Of a DNA stretch of 64,000 nt, positions 1 through 8,120 are shown one piece after another (the stretch's first letter is position 1; each line of letters opens with the position of its first letter). The position numbers were made by a program, and so were the translations under genes. The stretch is from a virus. Its lineage: Duplodnaviria > Caudoviricetes. Below the pieces are notes generated by a model that saw only the letters and a program-made list of their open reading frames with translations, did not search any database and was not told the origin of the DNA. Location: positions 15,431 to 79,430 of IMG/VR virus record IMGVR_UViG_3300002307_000042; one strand, 5' to 3'.

Positions 1-847
1 AACCACGACGAGAAGGACGCATCCATGTGTAGTCGCTCTTGATTGCGCTAGTCAGGTTGACCTGAATAAGCTCACGCCAGGGCATGACCGGTTCAGTCAT
101 TTCCTTAATGAGACGCTGAACGCCTGCAGGAACCGTACCGGCTTCTGCCTGCTGAGCAGCATTCAAAATAGCCTGACGCATTTCCTGACGGATTTCTTCA
201 CGCTCAGCGTCGGTCAGCTGGGGACGACCCTTACCGCGACGACCCTGACCATCCTTCTCGTCATCACCGTCCTCGTCATCACCGTGACCATCAAGGTGAT
301 CGTCAAGCATCTTGTCCAGAAGCTCGTCAACACTGATATACTTGACGTTCTTCATGAGGTCATCATAGATAGCCTCAGCGGCCCAGCCCTCATACTTACG
401 ATCATAGAGACATTCAACAGTGGTAATGAATTCACCAACCTTGTGCTTCTTAAGGTCGGCATTTACTGCATAGTCATCAGCAATATTCCACATTTGCGGA
501 TCACGCTCGTTGCGACGACCAAGGTGATCATAAACCACGTGCAGCACTTCGTGACCTACAAGGAATTCGACTTCCTTTTGGCGAAGCTTCATGATGAAAC
601 GACTATTGTAATAGAAGTTGCGACCGTCAGTAGCAGCAGTACTGCACCATTCGTCTGCATTGATAAGCTTAAGGCGAGTAGCAAGGTTGCCAAAGAAAGC
701 GTGCTTGAGCAGAAGCCCAATACGAGCCATAACAAGACGCTCACGGGCTTCGTGATCAACCTTAGGATCAGTAGGGCCCACAAGGCTTTCAAACTTGTTG
801 CTACGCGAACGCTTACCCTTAGAAGCAGTATTAGTGACGCCAGACAT
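1..847 (-). CDS. Metallopeptidase (DUF2201-like)/vWA-associated protein; 3' part runs off the window edge
   Basis: Not in ORF track (no stop in window). Manual translation from ATG 847: MSGVTNTASKGK...STAATDGRNFYYN...FLVGHEVLHVVYDH (HExxH), acidic linker, then ...PWRELIQ...YTWMRPSRR. Lies downstream of a MoxR ATPase, the usual partner. Confidence 0.8.
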   Translation of the reverse strand, partial: MSGVTNTASKGKRSRSNKFESLVGPTDPKVDHEARERLVMARIGLLLKHAFFGNLATRLKLINADEWCSTAATDGRNFYYNSRFIMKLRQKEVEFLVGHEVLHVVYDHLGRRNERDPQMWNIADDYAVNADLKKHKVGEFITTVECLYDRKYEGWAAEAIYDDLMKNVKYISVDELLDKMLDDHLDGHGDDEDGDDEKDGQGRRGKGRPQLTDAEREEIRQEMRQAILNAAQQAEAGTVPAGVQRLIKEMTEPVMPWRELIQVNLTSAIKSDYTWMRPSRRG

Positions 848-873
848 TGAGATTCCTTTCATTTGATATAGTG

Positions 874-902
874 AATGTATCACCAAACACTACAAGTGTC
901 AA
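874..902 (-). promoter_or_regulatory. Sigma70-like promoter TTGACA-17-TACATT
   Basis: Minus strand reads TTGACA cttgtagtgtttggtga TACATT, upstream of ATG 847. Confidence 0.65.
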
Positions 903-905
903 TAG

Positions 906-1157
906 TTAATTGAGCTTGCGGTTAGTATTATTGTCGTCAAAATTCAATGGCTTAGAAAGCTTTTCAATTTCTTCGTCAGACCAGGTACCGTTATCTAGGT
1001 CTAGAGGAACCGCTTCATCCAAAAAGGTACCGTCGGCAAAGCCTTCTGTAATAGTTTTCACCAACTCGTCAAGCTCTTCCTGAGTGCCATCAAAGCTATC
1101 AAAACACCCGGGGACGAAAACAAGAGTAAGCCCATTCGGTAGTTTAATACCAGACAT
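906..1157 (-). CDS. Hypothetical acidic protein, 83 aa
   Basis: ORF track; SD-like AGGA upstream; fills the gap between co-oriented genes. Confidence 0.7.
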   Translation of the reverse strand: MSGIKLPNGLTLVFVPGCFDSFDGTQEELDELVKTITEGFADGTFLDEAVPLDLDNGTWSDEEIEKLSKPLNFDDNNTNRKLN

Positions 1158-1170
1158 ATAAAATCCTATA

Positions 1171-1204
1171 AAAATTGGGGGAGGGCTGTCTCGAACCCTC
1201 CCCC
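1171..1204 (-). terminator. Rho-independent terminator after the MoxR gene
   Basis: 9-bp stem GGGGGAGGG/CCCTCCCCC (1177-1185/1196-1204) followed by AATTTT on the minus strand, 12 nt after the stop. Confidence 0.7.
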
Positions 1205-1216
1205 AGGAGCTCAGGC

Positions 1217-2314
1217 TTAGTTGCCTGCTTCTACAATGTACTTACCGTACTTCTTGTAGAATTCATCAAAGTTGGGAAGCTGCGAGGGCTCGATCGGCAG
1301 CTTGTACGTCTTGAGTGCAATCTTAGAACCCATGACGACCAGCTCCGTTTCGAAGTTCTTCATCATGTAGTCAAAGAAGTTGGCAGCCATGTCATGAAAC
1401 TTCTTGTTATCAGTGCGCTTGTTGTCAATGATATCCTTGAGTTCATAGCACATAGAAATCGTAAGCGAGTACATCGCAGAGATTTCCTTCACATTGAGTT
1501 CCTTGACCTTGCCCTCAAGAATGTCAATCGGATTCGGCATCTTGCTAGCAAACTTACGGTGAGCCATAAACTTAGCAGCAAGACCATCACCGATAGCACC
1601 TGCAACGAGCGTGAACAGGGTATCGTTATCAGTGTTGTCTTCGTCGGTGAGCATGTCGCTCACGAAAGTCCACGAACGAGGAGTAGCGAACGCACGAGAC
1701 GAACCCTTAGCGTCAAAGTCATAACCGTCCTGCTTAGAGAACGAGAGATAACCGACAACATCCTTGTGGATGCCCTTGTTAACAGCCCAAGTCTGCCAGG
1801 CGTTGAAGTCATACTTCATTTCAATGTGAACGAAGCGGTTAGCGAGCGGCATCGGCATGCGATAAGTAACACCCTTGTCGCTATCACGGTTACCAGCAGC
1901 GACGATAACCACATTGTCGGGAAGCTTATACTTACCAACACGACGGTTCAGAATAAGCTGATAACCAGCAGCCTGAACTGCGGGCGGAGCCGAGTTCATT
2001 TCATCGAGGAAAAGAACGATGATCGGATATTCAGCAGCAAGCTCTGCGCTAGGAAGATCGACAGGCTCGGCCCAGTCCATCTTGCCGATTTCCTTGTTGA
2101 AGTAAGGAATACCACGAATATCAGTCGGTTCCATCTGAGCCATACGAAGGTCGATCATGAAACCACCAAGTTCGTTAGTGATATCTTCAACGACTTCGCT
2201 CTTACCGATACCCGGAGGGCCCCAGAGGAAGACAGGACGCTTTGCCTTGAAAGCAGTGAGGATGGCCTTACGGGCCTGAATAGAAGTAATAGTGTGATTT
2301 TCAGAATGAGACAT
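1217..2314 (-). CDS. MoxR-family AAA+ ATPase
   Basis: Walker A GPPGIGKS, Walker B ILFLDEMN-like (VLFLDEMN), VAAGN sensor, PLANRF arginine finger, ATPRSW. Confidence 0.92.
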   Translation of the reverse strand: MSHSENHTITSIQARKAILTAFKAKRPVFLWGPPGIGKSEVVEDITNELGGFMIDLRMAQMEPTDIRGIPYFNKEIGKMDWAEPVDLPSAELAAEYPIIVLFLDEMNSAPPAVQAAGYQLILNRRVGKYKLPDNVVIVAAGNRDSDKGVTYRMPMPLANRFVHIEMKYDFNAWQTWAVNKGIHKDVVGYLSFSKQDGYDFDAKGSSRAFATPRSWTFVSDMLTDEDNTDNDTLFTLVAGAIGDGLAAKFMAHRKFASKMPNPIDILEGKVKELNVKEISAMYSLTISMCYELKDIIDNKRTDNKKFHDMAANFFDYMMKNFETELVVMGSKIALKTYKLPIEPSQLPNFDEFYKKYGKYIVEAGN

Positions 2315-2378
2315 GATTTTAGCTCCTAGTTAAACAAACAAATAGAGAGATTTCTTCGTTGCTGCTCTCTATATACTC

Positions 2379-2407
2379 GTTATATGATATTCAGCTGGTG
2401 AAGTCAA
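2379..2407 (-). promoter_or_regulatory. Sigma70-like early promoter TTGACT-17-TATAAC
   Basis: Minus strand AAAAAAAGTGG TTGACT tcaccagctgaatatca TATAAC, with an A-tract upstream. Confidence 0.75.
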
Positions 2408-2435
2408 CCACTTTTTTCGCTCAGTGGATATTTTT

Positions 2436-2708
2436 TTATGCCATGAGGCGAAGCATCAAAATAAGATGCTCTAGGTGCTTGATTGCACTACGGACTTCCT
2501 GGCTAAGTTTGTTATACTGAACATGATAACGAGAGCGAGGAGGAGTCCTGCGGGTATAGACCTCAAGCTTGCTAAGCTCTTCCACCATATCACAGATGTT
2601 GTAGCAAAACTTACTTAGATCGTAGTTATAAGGAAGGCGTGTCAACTGCCTGTTGATGTCATACATGATCGCCTTAGCTTCTTCTGCGTTTTTGAAGTCT
2701 TTATCCAT
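2436..2708 (-). CDS. Hypothetical protein, 90 aa
   Basis: ORF track; has its own promoter-like motif just upstream. Confidence 0.7.
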   Translation of the reverse strand: MDKDFKNAEEAKAIMYDINRQLTRLPYNYDLSKFCYNICDMVEELSKLEVYTRRTPPRSRYHVQYNKLSQEVRSAIKHLEHLILMLRLMA

Positions 2709-2714
2709 AAATTC

Positions 2715-2743
2715 ACACTACTGTAGTTTTGGGCAATTGTCAA
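2715..2743 (-). promoter_or_regulatory. Sigma70-like promoter TTGACA-17-TAGTGT overlapping the stop codon of the 1450-aa gene
   Basis: GG TTGACA attgcccaaaactacag TAGTGT; shares GGTTGACA..TTGCCCA with the promoter at 7747-7775. Confidence 0.6.
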
Positions 2744-5700
2744 CCAGTTTCTTTCATCATGTTAGGATCGTTTGGTGAGAAGGATCCGCGATTGTGAATG
2801 GCTTTCACTTGATTAGGATTGAATATGACCCAAACTTCTCCTGATTTGGCATTACAGTCATTGGGTATAGCTTCTGCTATGATAGCCCCGTCGAACCCTA
2901 GCTTCTGTAGGTTTTCTACAAATTCAGCGCCTTCTGGTCCATCGAACAACTCCCAACGCACAAATTGATCAACATAGTAATATATTGAACGTAAGTCAAT
3001 ATTATTTTGTTTGAAGCCCTCTACAGTTTCTTCGTTGCTTAGCATACGAGAAAGGCTGTAGTCTCTTAGATCAATAGGATTCTGCACAGACAAATAGACC
3101 GGTATAATTCTTCCGCCTGGTTTATATTCTCTAGTGTTTGGATCTTCTATAAATGTTTCAGCAAACTTTGGATCTACTGCAAAGAAAGAACCATGGCGCT
3201 CTACATCAAATGTCATGCCTAATACACTTGTAAAACCCTTCCCACTTGTTTGGAAGCTGTCAAAGTCTTTAGTTGTTGCGTGATAGAACACTCTTGGCTT
3301 ATGTCCATCCCAAGCATGTGTGTGCTGTAACCAATTGTCTAGTCTTTTTTCTCTATGTTCTTTGTCATAGCCCGGGAATAACTCTTGCTGTTCTTGATCT
3401 TCCTTTAGTGTAGATGTTTTAGATTTGCCAAAGAAAAACGCATCACTTTGCGAACTTGCATTTTCACCCAAGCTTGCTCTTCCGATTTCCCATCCCTCGG
3501 GCTTTTGTATATAGATGAATGCCAGTGCGCCATCCGCTGTTGCTTTGTCAGGGAACATTAATGTTACTAATCGCTCAAAGTCATTGCCGCGTCCCATTTT
3601 ATACAGTGTTTTATCCGGAAACGAGGAACCGTCGTCAAACTCCAACCATGCAATATATTCATTATCATATACTACATCAGTAATGGTTTTTGGATTTAGA
3701 AATCCCCGAAGTTCAATAATATTCTCAGCAGTATGTGGTCTAACCTGAACTATGCTTAACGTATTACCTACTTCCGGCTTAACCTTAGAACGTTGGTCGT
3801 ACCGGGTAATAGCATTTTGGAAATCTAATAACTCCTTGATTTTCGGAGAAACGGTGTTTTCATCTACTCGCTCTAGCCAGGCAAGATTGTCTCCTAAATG
3901 ATTTACTATTCTGGTACCATAAGTTTGTCGGCGATCTATTGCTTCTTGCTCAAAAAACCGTCGTAACTCCGATTCCTTTAAAGTGCATTTTTTGAACTTC
4001 CATTCGGGTAACTGCTCATCTTCTGCTAAAAATGATTTCCACTCTTTCATTAAGTTTTCTGCTATCTTACCGTCTGCTCTAGCTTGGGGAGGAATACCTG
4101 CTCGTGATGTTTTCCAATTAAATGCCTTAGCGTTCTTTTTGATACTGTCTGGACGGACATCCTTTGTCAATGCAGTCTTGAAGCGAGGATCACTCTTTTC
4201 CTTCTCACTTGGTATATACCCTGAGGCTTCTATTAAATCAGGTACATCAACTACCGAATGTCTGTGAGGTATAATCTCAGACAGAGTGGCTCCGTATATA
4301 TCCATCGGCATTAATGATTTTTCATTTTCCAGCATCTGACTGCTATGCAGTGACTCACTGATTGTTATTGAAGTGGGTCCCGGAACGAAGGTTTCTCTAG
4401 CATTTTCCCATTCTTTGAATAATGCACCGGGGTCGATAAGGGCACCGGTTTGGTCACGTAACTTAAATCCAGTAGTATCTCTTTTTGTTTGATTGAGCAA
4501 CCAGGTGATGCCATCTGGTGTTAGGTTATCTGTTTTGCCCAAATGTATTTCTTGCCCTTTCAAATTTATGATATATTGAAATAGATTGAATACTAATCCC
4601 TTGTTAAATTGAGAGATATTTTTCATGCCCTTCAGACAACCAGCTTGTAGATACACAAAAGCCTCTATTTTTGAATCATTAGCAAAGAAATAGATATTGT
4701 TTGGTCCCGAGGCAAATAAAAATACCGGTCTACTTCCTATAGTGCCGTCTTTAACAGAGTTGCTAATAATTTGTTCATCGGTCAACGAAAGAGGACCCAT
4801 TGCGTTAGAAAACCCAATTTCATCAAGTTGTCTTGATATTTCATTAACAGGTCCTGTTCTAACCAGCGTAGTAACAGAATAACTACCAGGACCTTTTTTC
4901 AAAGAGTTTTCGTCTGATGTCTTAATAGATTTTAGCTTATAGTTAGGTAATGCCTTAGCAGCCATTCTTCCCATAGTAGCGTATAACTTTACTCTGCTCG
5001 GTTCACTAGTAGATGCCTCAAACATGATATACTTAGGATTCAAAATAGATACCGCGTCTTTTACTATGTTGACTACTGTGCTTAGAACCTTGATAGAATC
5101 GCCGGTGCCGGTCAACTTTTCTGTTCCTGCGCCAGTGTCTTGCTTAACCATGTTGAAGTTTACTACTGCAATATCTTTTCTATGCATTGCTACAGCAACA
5201 TCATATAAGTTGCCTTCCTTAGTAGTAAACTCATACTCTAACTTCCAATCATTATGCTGCTTTAGCTTGTTGTATGGGTAAGGAGAATCCATCCATTCAG
5301 TTAGCTTTTCCTTGCTCAGAATATGATCTGGTGATTCTGCTACCTGGGTGGTAGGCTTGTCAAGAATATAGTTCATTGCGCGTTGCACAATATTCAATGG
5401 TTTTTCAACTTTTGGACTGTTCATTTCAGCCTCAAAAAACTTGTATGCTCTAGTGACTAAACGCTTATACCTTTTCCCGTCTTTAGGTAAAAACTCTGCT
5501 ATTCTGTTGTGGTCTAGCGTAACATTGATAAGTTCGTATAATCTTGTTTTTGAAAATACTCTGTCATTTTTCTTAATATCGGACAATGTCAATGATATGT
5601 TATACAGTGCTTCCTGAAATCTAGCATTTATCTCGTAAGGAAGTGTCGCATAAGCTCCTGTAGGGCGAAACGCCTTACCTTTACTTTTATTATAATCAAG

Positions 5701-7092
5701 AGCATGTAATAACTCATGTGCTATAGTTTTAGCAATGTATCTATCTAATGAATAGCCTTTGCGTTTCGCAAACTTTACTAGTGCGGGATAATATAGATGT
5801 ATTTCATTAGCATAGAAATTATACGCACCTACCGTGCCGCGTTCAAATCTATCTGCTTTATAGTCTAATATAAACTTGAGTGTTTTTAAAATTTTAGACA
5901 AAACAGGGTCATTGGTTTCAGGAACACCCAATTCTGCTGCGGTAATACCATAAACTCCTAGCTTTAGTTGTTTCATGTCCGGGCCTAATACATTGGCTAC
6001 TTTACCAAGCATTGAAGTATTTCTAGATGCCATTTTAGCAATGACCGATCCTGCCTTATTCGCTACTAGATTAATGACCTGGCTTTCTTCGGTAGTTTCT
6101 GTTAATTGGTCTGTTTCTTCACTGAATATATTTTTAAACTTGCCTTTAAGACGATCCCATTCACCCTTCAATGCAGATGCAGCCATTTGTTTTTCTTGTG
6201 CGGCCCTATCTATTTTAGATTGCAATGGGTCTACTTCATTTTGCAGTTCGTTAGGGTGTATGTTCCATAATTTCATCATTCTATCAATAATAGTGGTGAT
6301 AGTATTGATTTCTTCTTTAGTCCTGCCACTAGTATTTCTTAATTTATTGATTTTTAGTATCGCGTCTTCTCTACTAGTGGCTTCGTCTAAGCTAAGCTTT
6401 TCACTTTCAAGCTTACTTCGCAAATCATACAGTGCGTTTATTCCACCCTGTGTTCTTATTGCTTTGTATGCAAGGTTTTCTGGACTAAACTCTCCTCCCT
6501 TGTCTAACCCTGCTTGACGATATCGCCTAACAGTTGATATTGCTTTATTGATTCGGTCCAAGCTTTTGGTTTTTAGTGCAAGCTCAATGAAATCATTTAG
6601 ACTTTCATACTTGTGTCTGGTTGAATCTTGGTCAAAGTTTGCTCTTGTTCTTTTAGGTGCCTTCAACCAGCGATCATGCAATAAGCTATATTCACCTAAA
6701 CTTACCACAGGTTCATTACTATCTTGAACATAGCATTCAACAGGAATACCCCTTACAGTAATGTCTAAACTGTCGTTGTATAGTGTTTTCTTAGCAGTGA
6801 ATAATTCTTGGTATACTTCATTGTTCGGTAGTTGTCTAAAATCAACTACGATGTGCAAATCAATATCGCTGTGAGGAGTATAACTATAAGCCGCATTACT
6901 ACCACTGATAGTAACGTCTTTAACTTTAAGATCAGTTAATCCTAAAAAAGAAACAAAGTCTTTGGCAATCAATAACAATTGTTCTTTAACTTCACCGTCA
7001 AGAACATGCTTATGCCACAATTTAGGATTAAGTTTGCTGTGAAACTTTATAGCGTCTGATAAGTTAAATGAGTCAAGTTCTGTAATATCCAT
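2740..7092 (-). CDS. Polyvalent protein, 1450 aa: N-terminal Pol-beta/MNT nucleotidyltransferase, HExxH zincin-like segment, unassigned central domains, C-terminal ADP-ribosyltransferase-like (ART-PolyVal type) domain
   Basis: ISGSNAAYSYTPHSDIDLHIV (GS..DxD motif); TIAHELLHALD at 5704-5718; C-terminal RVFYHATTKDF..G.FFA..IIPVYLSVQNP..LQKLGFDGAII..VIFNPNQVK pattern. Confidence 0.75.
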   Translation of the reverse strand: MDITELDSFNLSDAIKFHSKLNPKLWHKHVLDGEVKEQLLLIAKDFVSFLGLTDLKVKDVTISGSNAAYSYTPHSDIDLHIVVDFRQLPNNEVYQELFTAKKTLYNDSLDITVRGIPVECYVQDSNEPVVSLGEYSLLHDRWLKAPKRTRANFDQDSTRHKYESLNDFIELALKTKSLDRINKAISTVRRYRQAGLDKGGEFSPENLAYKAIRTQGGINALYDLRSKLESEKLSLDEATSREDAILKINKLRNTSGRTKEEINTITTIIDRMMKLWNIHPNELQNEVDPLQSKIDRAAQEKQMAASALKGEWDRLKGKFKNIFSEETDQLTETTEESQVINLVANKAGSVIAKMASRNTSMLGKVANVLGPDMKQLKLGVYGITAAELGVPETNDPVLSKILKTLKFILDYKADRFERGTVGAYNFYANEIHLYYPALVKFAKRKGYSLDRYIAKTIAHELLHALDYNKSKGKAFRPTGAYATLPYEINARFQEALYNISLTLSDIKKNDRVFSKTRLYELINVTLDHNRIAEFLPKDGKRYKRLVTRAYKFFEAEMNSPKVEKPLNIVQRAMNYILDKPTTQVAESPDHILSKEKLTEWMDSPYPYNKLKQHNDWKLEYEFTTKEGNLYDVAVAMHRKDIAVVNFNMVKQDTGAGTEKLTGTGDSIKVLSTVVNIVKDAVSILNPKYIMFEASTSEPSRVKLYATMGRMAAKALPNYKLKSIKTSDENSLKKGPGSYSVTTLVRTGPVNEISRQLDEIGFSNAMGPLSLTDEQIISNSVKDGTIGSRPVFLFASGPNNIYFFANDSKIEAFVYLQAGCLKGMKNISQFNKGLVFNLFQYIINLKGQEIHLGKTDNLTPDGITWLLNQTKRDTTGFKLRDQTGALIDPGALFKEWENARETFVPGPTSITISESLHSSQMLENEKSLMPMDIYGATLSEIIPHRHSVVDVPDLIEASGYIPSEKEKSDPRFKTALTKDVRPDSIKKNAKAFNWKTSRAGIPPQARADGKIAENLMKEWKSFLAEDEQLPEWKFKKCTLKESELRRFFEQEAIDRRQTYGTRIVNHLGDNLAWLERVDENTVSPKIKELLDFQNAITRYDQRSKVKPEVGNTLSIVQVRPHTAENIIELRGFLNPKTITDVVYDNEYIAWLEFDDGSSFPDKTLYKMGRGNDFERLVTLMFPDKATADGALAFIYIQKPEGWEIGRASLGENASSQSDAFFFGKSKTSTLKEDQEQQELFPGYDKEHREKRLDNWLQHTHAWDGHKPRVFYHATTKDFDSFQTSGKGFTSVLGMTFDVERHGSFFAVDPKFAETFIEDPNTREYKPGGRIIPVYLSVQNPIDLRDYSLSRMLSNEETVEGFKQNNIDLRSIYYYVDQFVRWELFDGPEGAEFVENLQKLGFDGAIIAEAIPNDCNAKSGEVWVIFNPNQVKAIHNRGSFSPNDPNMMKETG

Positions 7093-7096
7093 ACTG

Positions 7097-7103
7097 TATT
7101 TAT
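7097..7103 (-). promoter_or_regulatory. T4-type late promoter motif ATAAATA (representative copy)
   Basis: Recurs ahead of genes at 7097, 7723, 8121, 11948, 15469, 34414 (ATAAGTA), 37819, 47041 and 48775 on the minus strand, and at 49852, 55071 and 62476 on the plus strand; a gp55-like gene is in the window. Confidence 0.75.
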
Positions 7104-7113
7104 CAGTATGACG

Positions 7114-7533
7114 TTAGGAGGATAGTAGATTCTTTAAATACTGTTCTAACTCTTCGTTAGCTAGACGCTTTGCCATATTCTTTTGAATTTTAATATTCGG
7201 AGGTTGACCTGTGCCCATATCAGCATGAGTAAACACCCCATATAATTTAATATTAGTGGGATTTCTACCTGATAATTCGTATACGATACTAATATCTGGA
7301 GTTAAATGTGCTTTTAGTGCTTTAGGTAAATATTTTTTATATATACCGCTTGGGGAAAAAGGCTTGTCATTTGAACCATATTGTACAAGTGGATTTGCAG
7401 CCTTAAAGTCAGTAAACTCTTTAATTTTTTGTAAGACGTTTGGTGTATCTTTAATAGCAGATGCTAAAGATTCTTCCCATAATGGGCCATATTCAAAAAC
7501 TACATTACTTGTATTTTTAGAGGGTGGCGCCAT
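7114..7533 (-). CDS. YafQ/RelE-superfamily ribosome-dependent mRNA interferase-like protein (probable start MAPPSKN at 7533)
   Basis: DKPFSPSG..LKAHLTPDISIVYEL..LYGVFTHADM aligns by eye with E. coli YafQ DHPLQG..RDAHVEPDWILIYKL..RTGTHAALF; the His, Asp and C-terminal His positions are retained. Confidence 0.7.
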   Translation of the reverse strand: MAPPSKNTSNVVFEYGPLWEESLASAIKDTPNVLQKIKEFTDFKAANPLVQYGSNDKPFSPSGIYKKYLPKALKAHLTPDISIVYELSGRNPTNIKLYGVFTHADMGTGQPPNIKIQKNMAKRLANEELEQYLKNLLSS

Positions 7534-7717
7534 ACTTTTCTGCCATTTCAGCAAGATGCATATCAAATTCAGTGCTGGTCATAGGGCCAGACCAGGGACC
7601 ATCCTTGCTCTTAGCAAGCTTAACAAGGTCTTTGGTCATAAGACCGGTATCGTTGTCAGCGTCAAACGCTTCAAAAAGTGCATTTTCGCTGGGTTCAAGA
7701 ACTTCGTTGATTTTCAT
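7517..7717 (-). CDS. Small acidic protein, 66 aa; candidate antitoxin or head-packaged protein
   Basis: Overlaps the start of the YafQ-like ORF by 17 nt; ATAAATA motif ends 5 nt before its ATG. Confidence 0.65.
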   Translation of the reverse strand: MKINEVLEPSENALFEAFDADNDTGLMTKDLVKLAKSKDGPWSGPMTSTEFDMHLAEMAEKYGATL

Positions 7718-7746
7718 GAGAGTATTTATCCCTTCTTGATATAATC

Positions 7747-7775
7747 GTTATATCAAAAATGGGCAAGCTTGTCAA
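7747..7775 (-). promoter_or_regulatory. Sigma70-like promoter TTGACA-17-TATAAC for the 66-aa/YafQ-like pair
   Basis: GG TTGACA agcttgcccatttttga TATAAC. Confidence 0.75.
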
Positions 7776-7777
7776 CC

Positions 7778-7835
7778 AAAAAATGAGGTGGGGAGATTCT
7801 GTTACGAGGCTCTCCCCTAGCCCTATGCTAACCTC
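7778..7835 (-). terminator. Terminal hairpin/terminator of the tmRNA coding piece
   Basis: GAGGT..GGGGAGA-loop-TCTCCCC ACCTC followed by TTTTTT. Confidence 0.65.
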
Positions 7836-7872
7836 AAGCGGCTAGAGCAAATGCAAAATCGTTATCGTTTGC
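7834..7872 (-). other. tmRNA tag reading frame ANDNDFAFALAA*
   Basis: GCA AAC GAT AAC GAT TTT GCA TTT GCT CTA GCC GCT TGA, preceded by the A-rich resume context AAAAGTAGAC. Confidence 0.93.
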
Positions 7873-7966
7873 GTCTACTTTTATTTAGTCTATATGCGAC
7901 CAACCAATCAGTCTAGGCTTTCCTATTCCGCGTGTATCGATTCCCAAATATCGTCCCCATCAACTA

Positions 7967-8045
7967 CACTGTCAGCAGGACTTGAACCTGCAAGCGTATT
8001 TCAGCAATCCCGTCAGATAGCGTTTACCAATTTCGCCATGACAGT
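7967..8045 (-). ncRNA. tRNA-like element with degenerate anticodon arm, inside the tmRNA intervening segment
   Basis: Acceptor stem ACTGTCA/TGACAGT (extendable by CTAC/GTAG), D arm GCG AAATTGGTAAA CGC, T arm GCAGG TTCAAGT CCTGC. Anticodon region folds only as ATCT GACG GGAT. No encoded CCA. Confidence 0.8.
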
Positions 8046-8120
8046 GTAGATGGTGGAGACGGAGGGGTTCGAACCCTCGTGTACTCCGCTTTTATTGATA
8101 ACCATCATCAACTAATAATC

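Larger units (their letters stand above)
7778..8116 (-). ncRNA. ssrA: Circularly permuted (two-piece) tmRNA gene; exact 5' end approximate
   Basis: Minus-strand order: acceptor piece ending GAGGG TTCGAAC CCCTC CGTCTCC ACCA (3' end 8051); 92-nt intervening segment; coding piece starting GGGGACG (7958), which pairs with CGTCTCC including G3.U; tag ORF; terminal hairpin plus T6. Confidence 0.93.

Noticed and set aside
284-2329. Long plus-strand ORFs 284..850 (188 aa) and 1175..2329 (384 aa)
   Set aside because: Antisense shadows of well-supported minus-strand genes in a GC-richer, codon-biased region; no recognisable motifs or translation signals.
7990-8012. CTGAAAT as a tRNA-Phe(GAA) anticodon loop in the tRNA-like element
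   Set aside because: The flanking bases (GATTG/ACGCT) cannot form an anticodon stem, so no functional tRNA-Phe is called.
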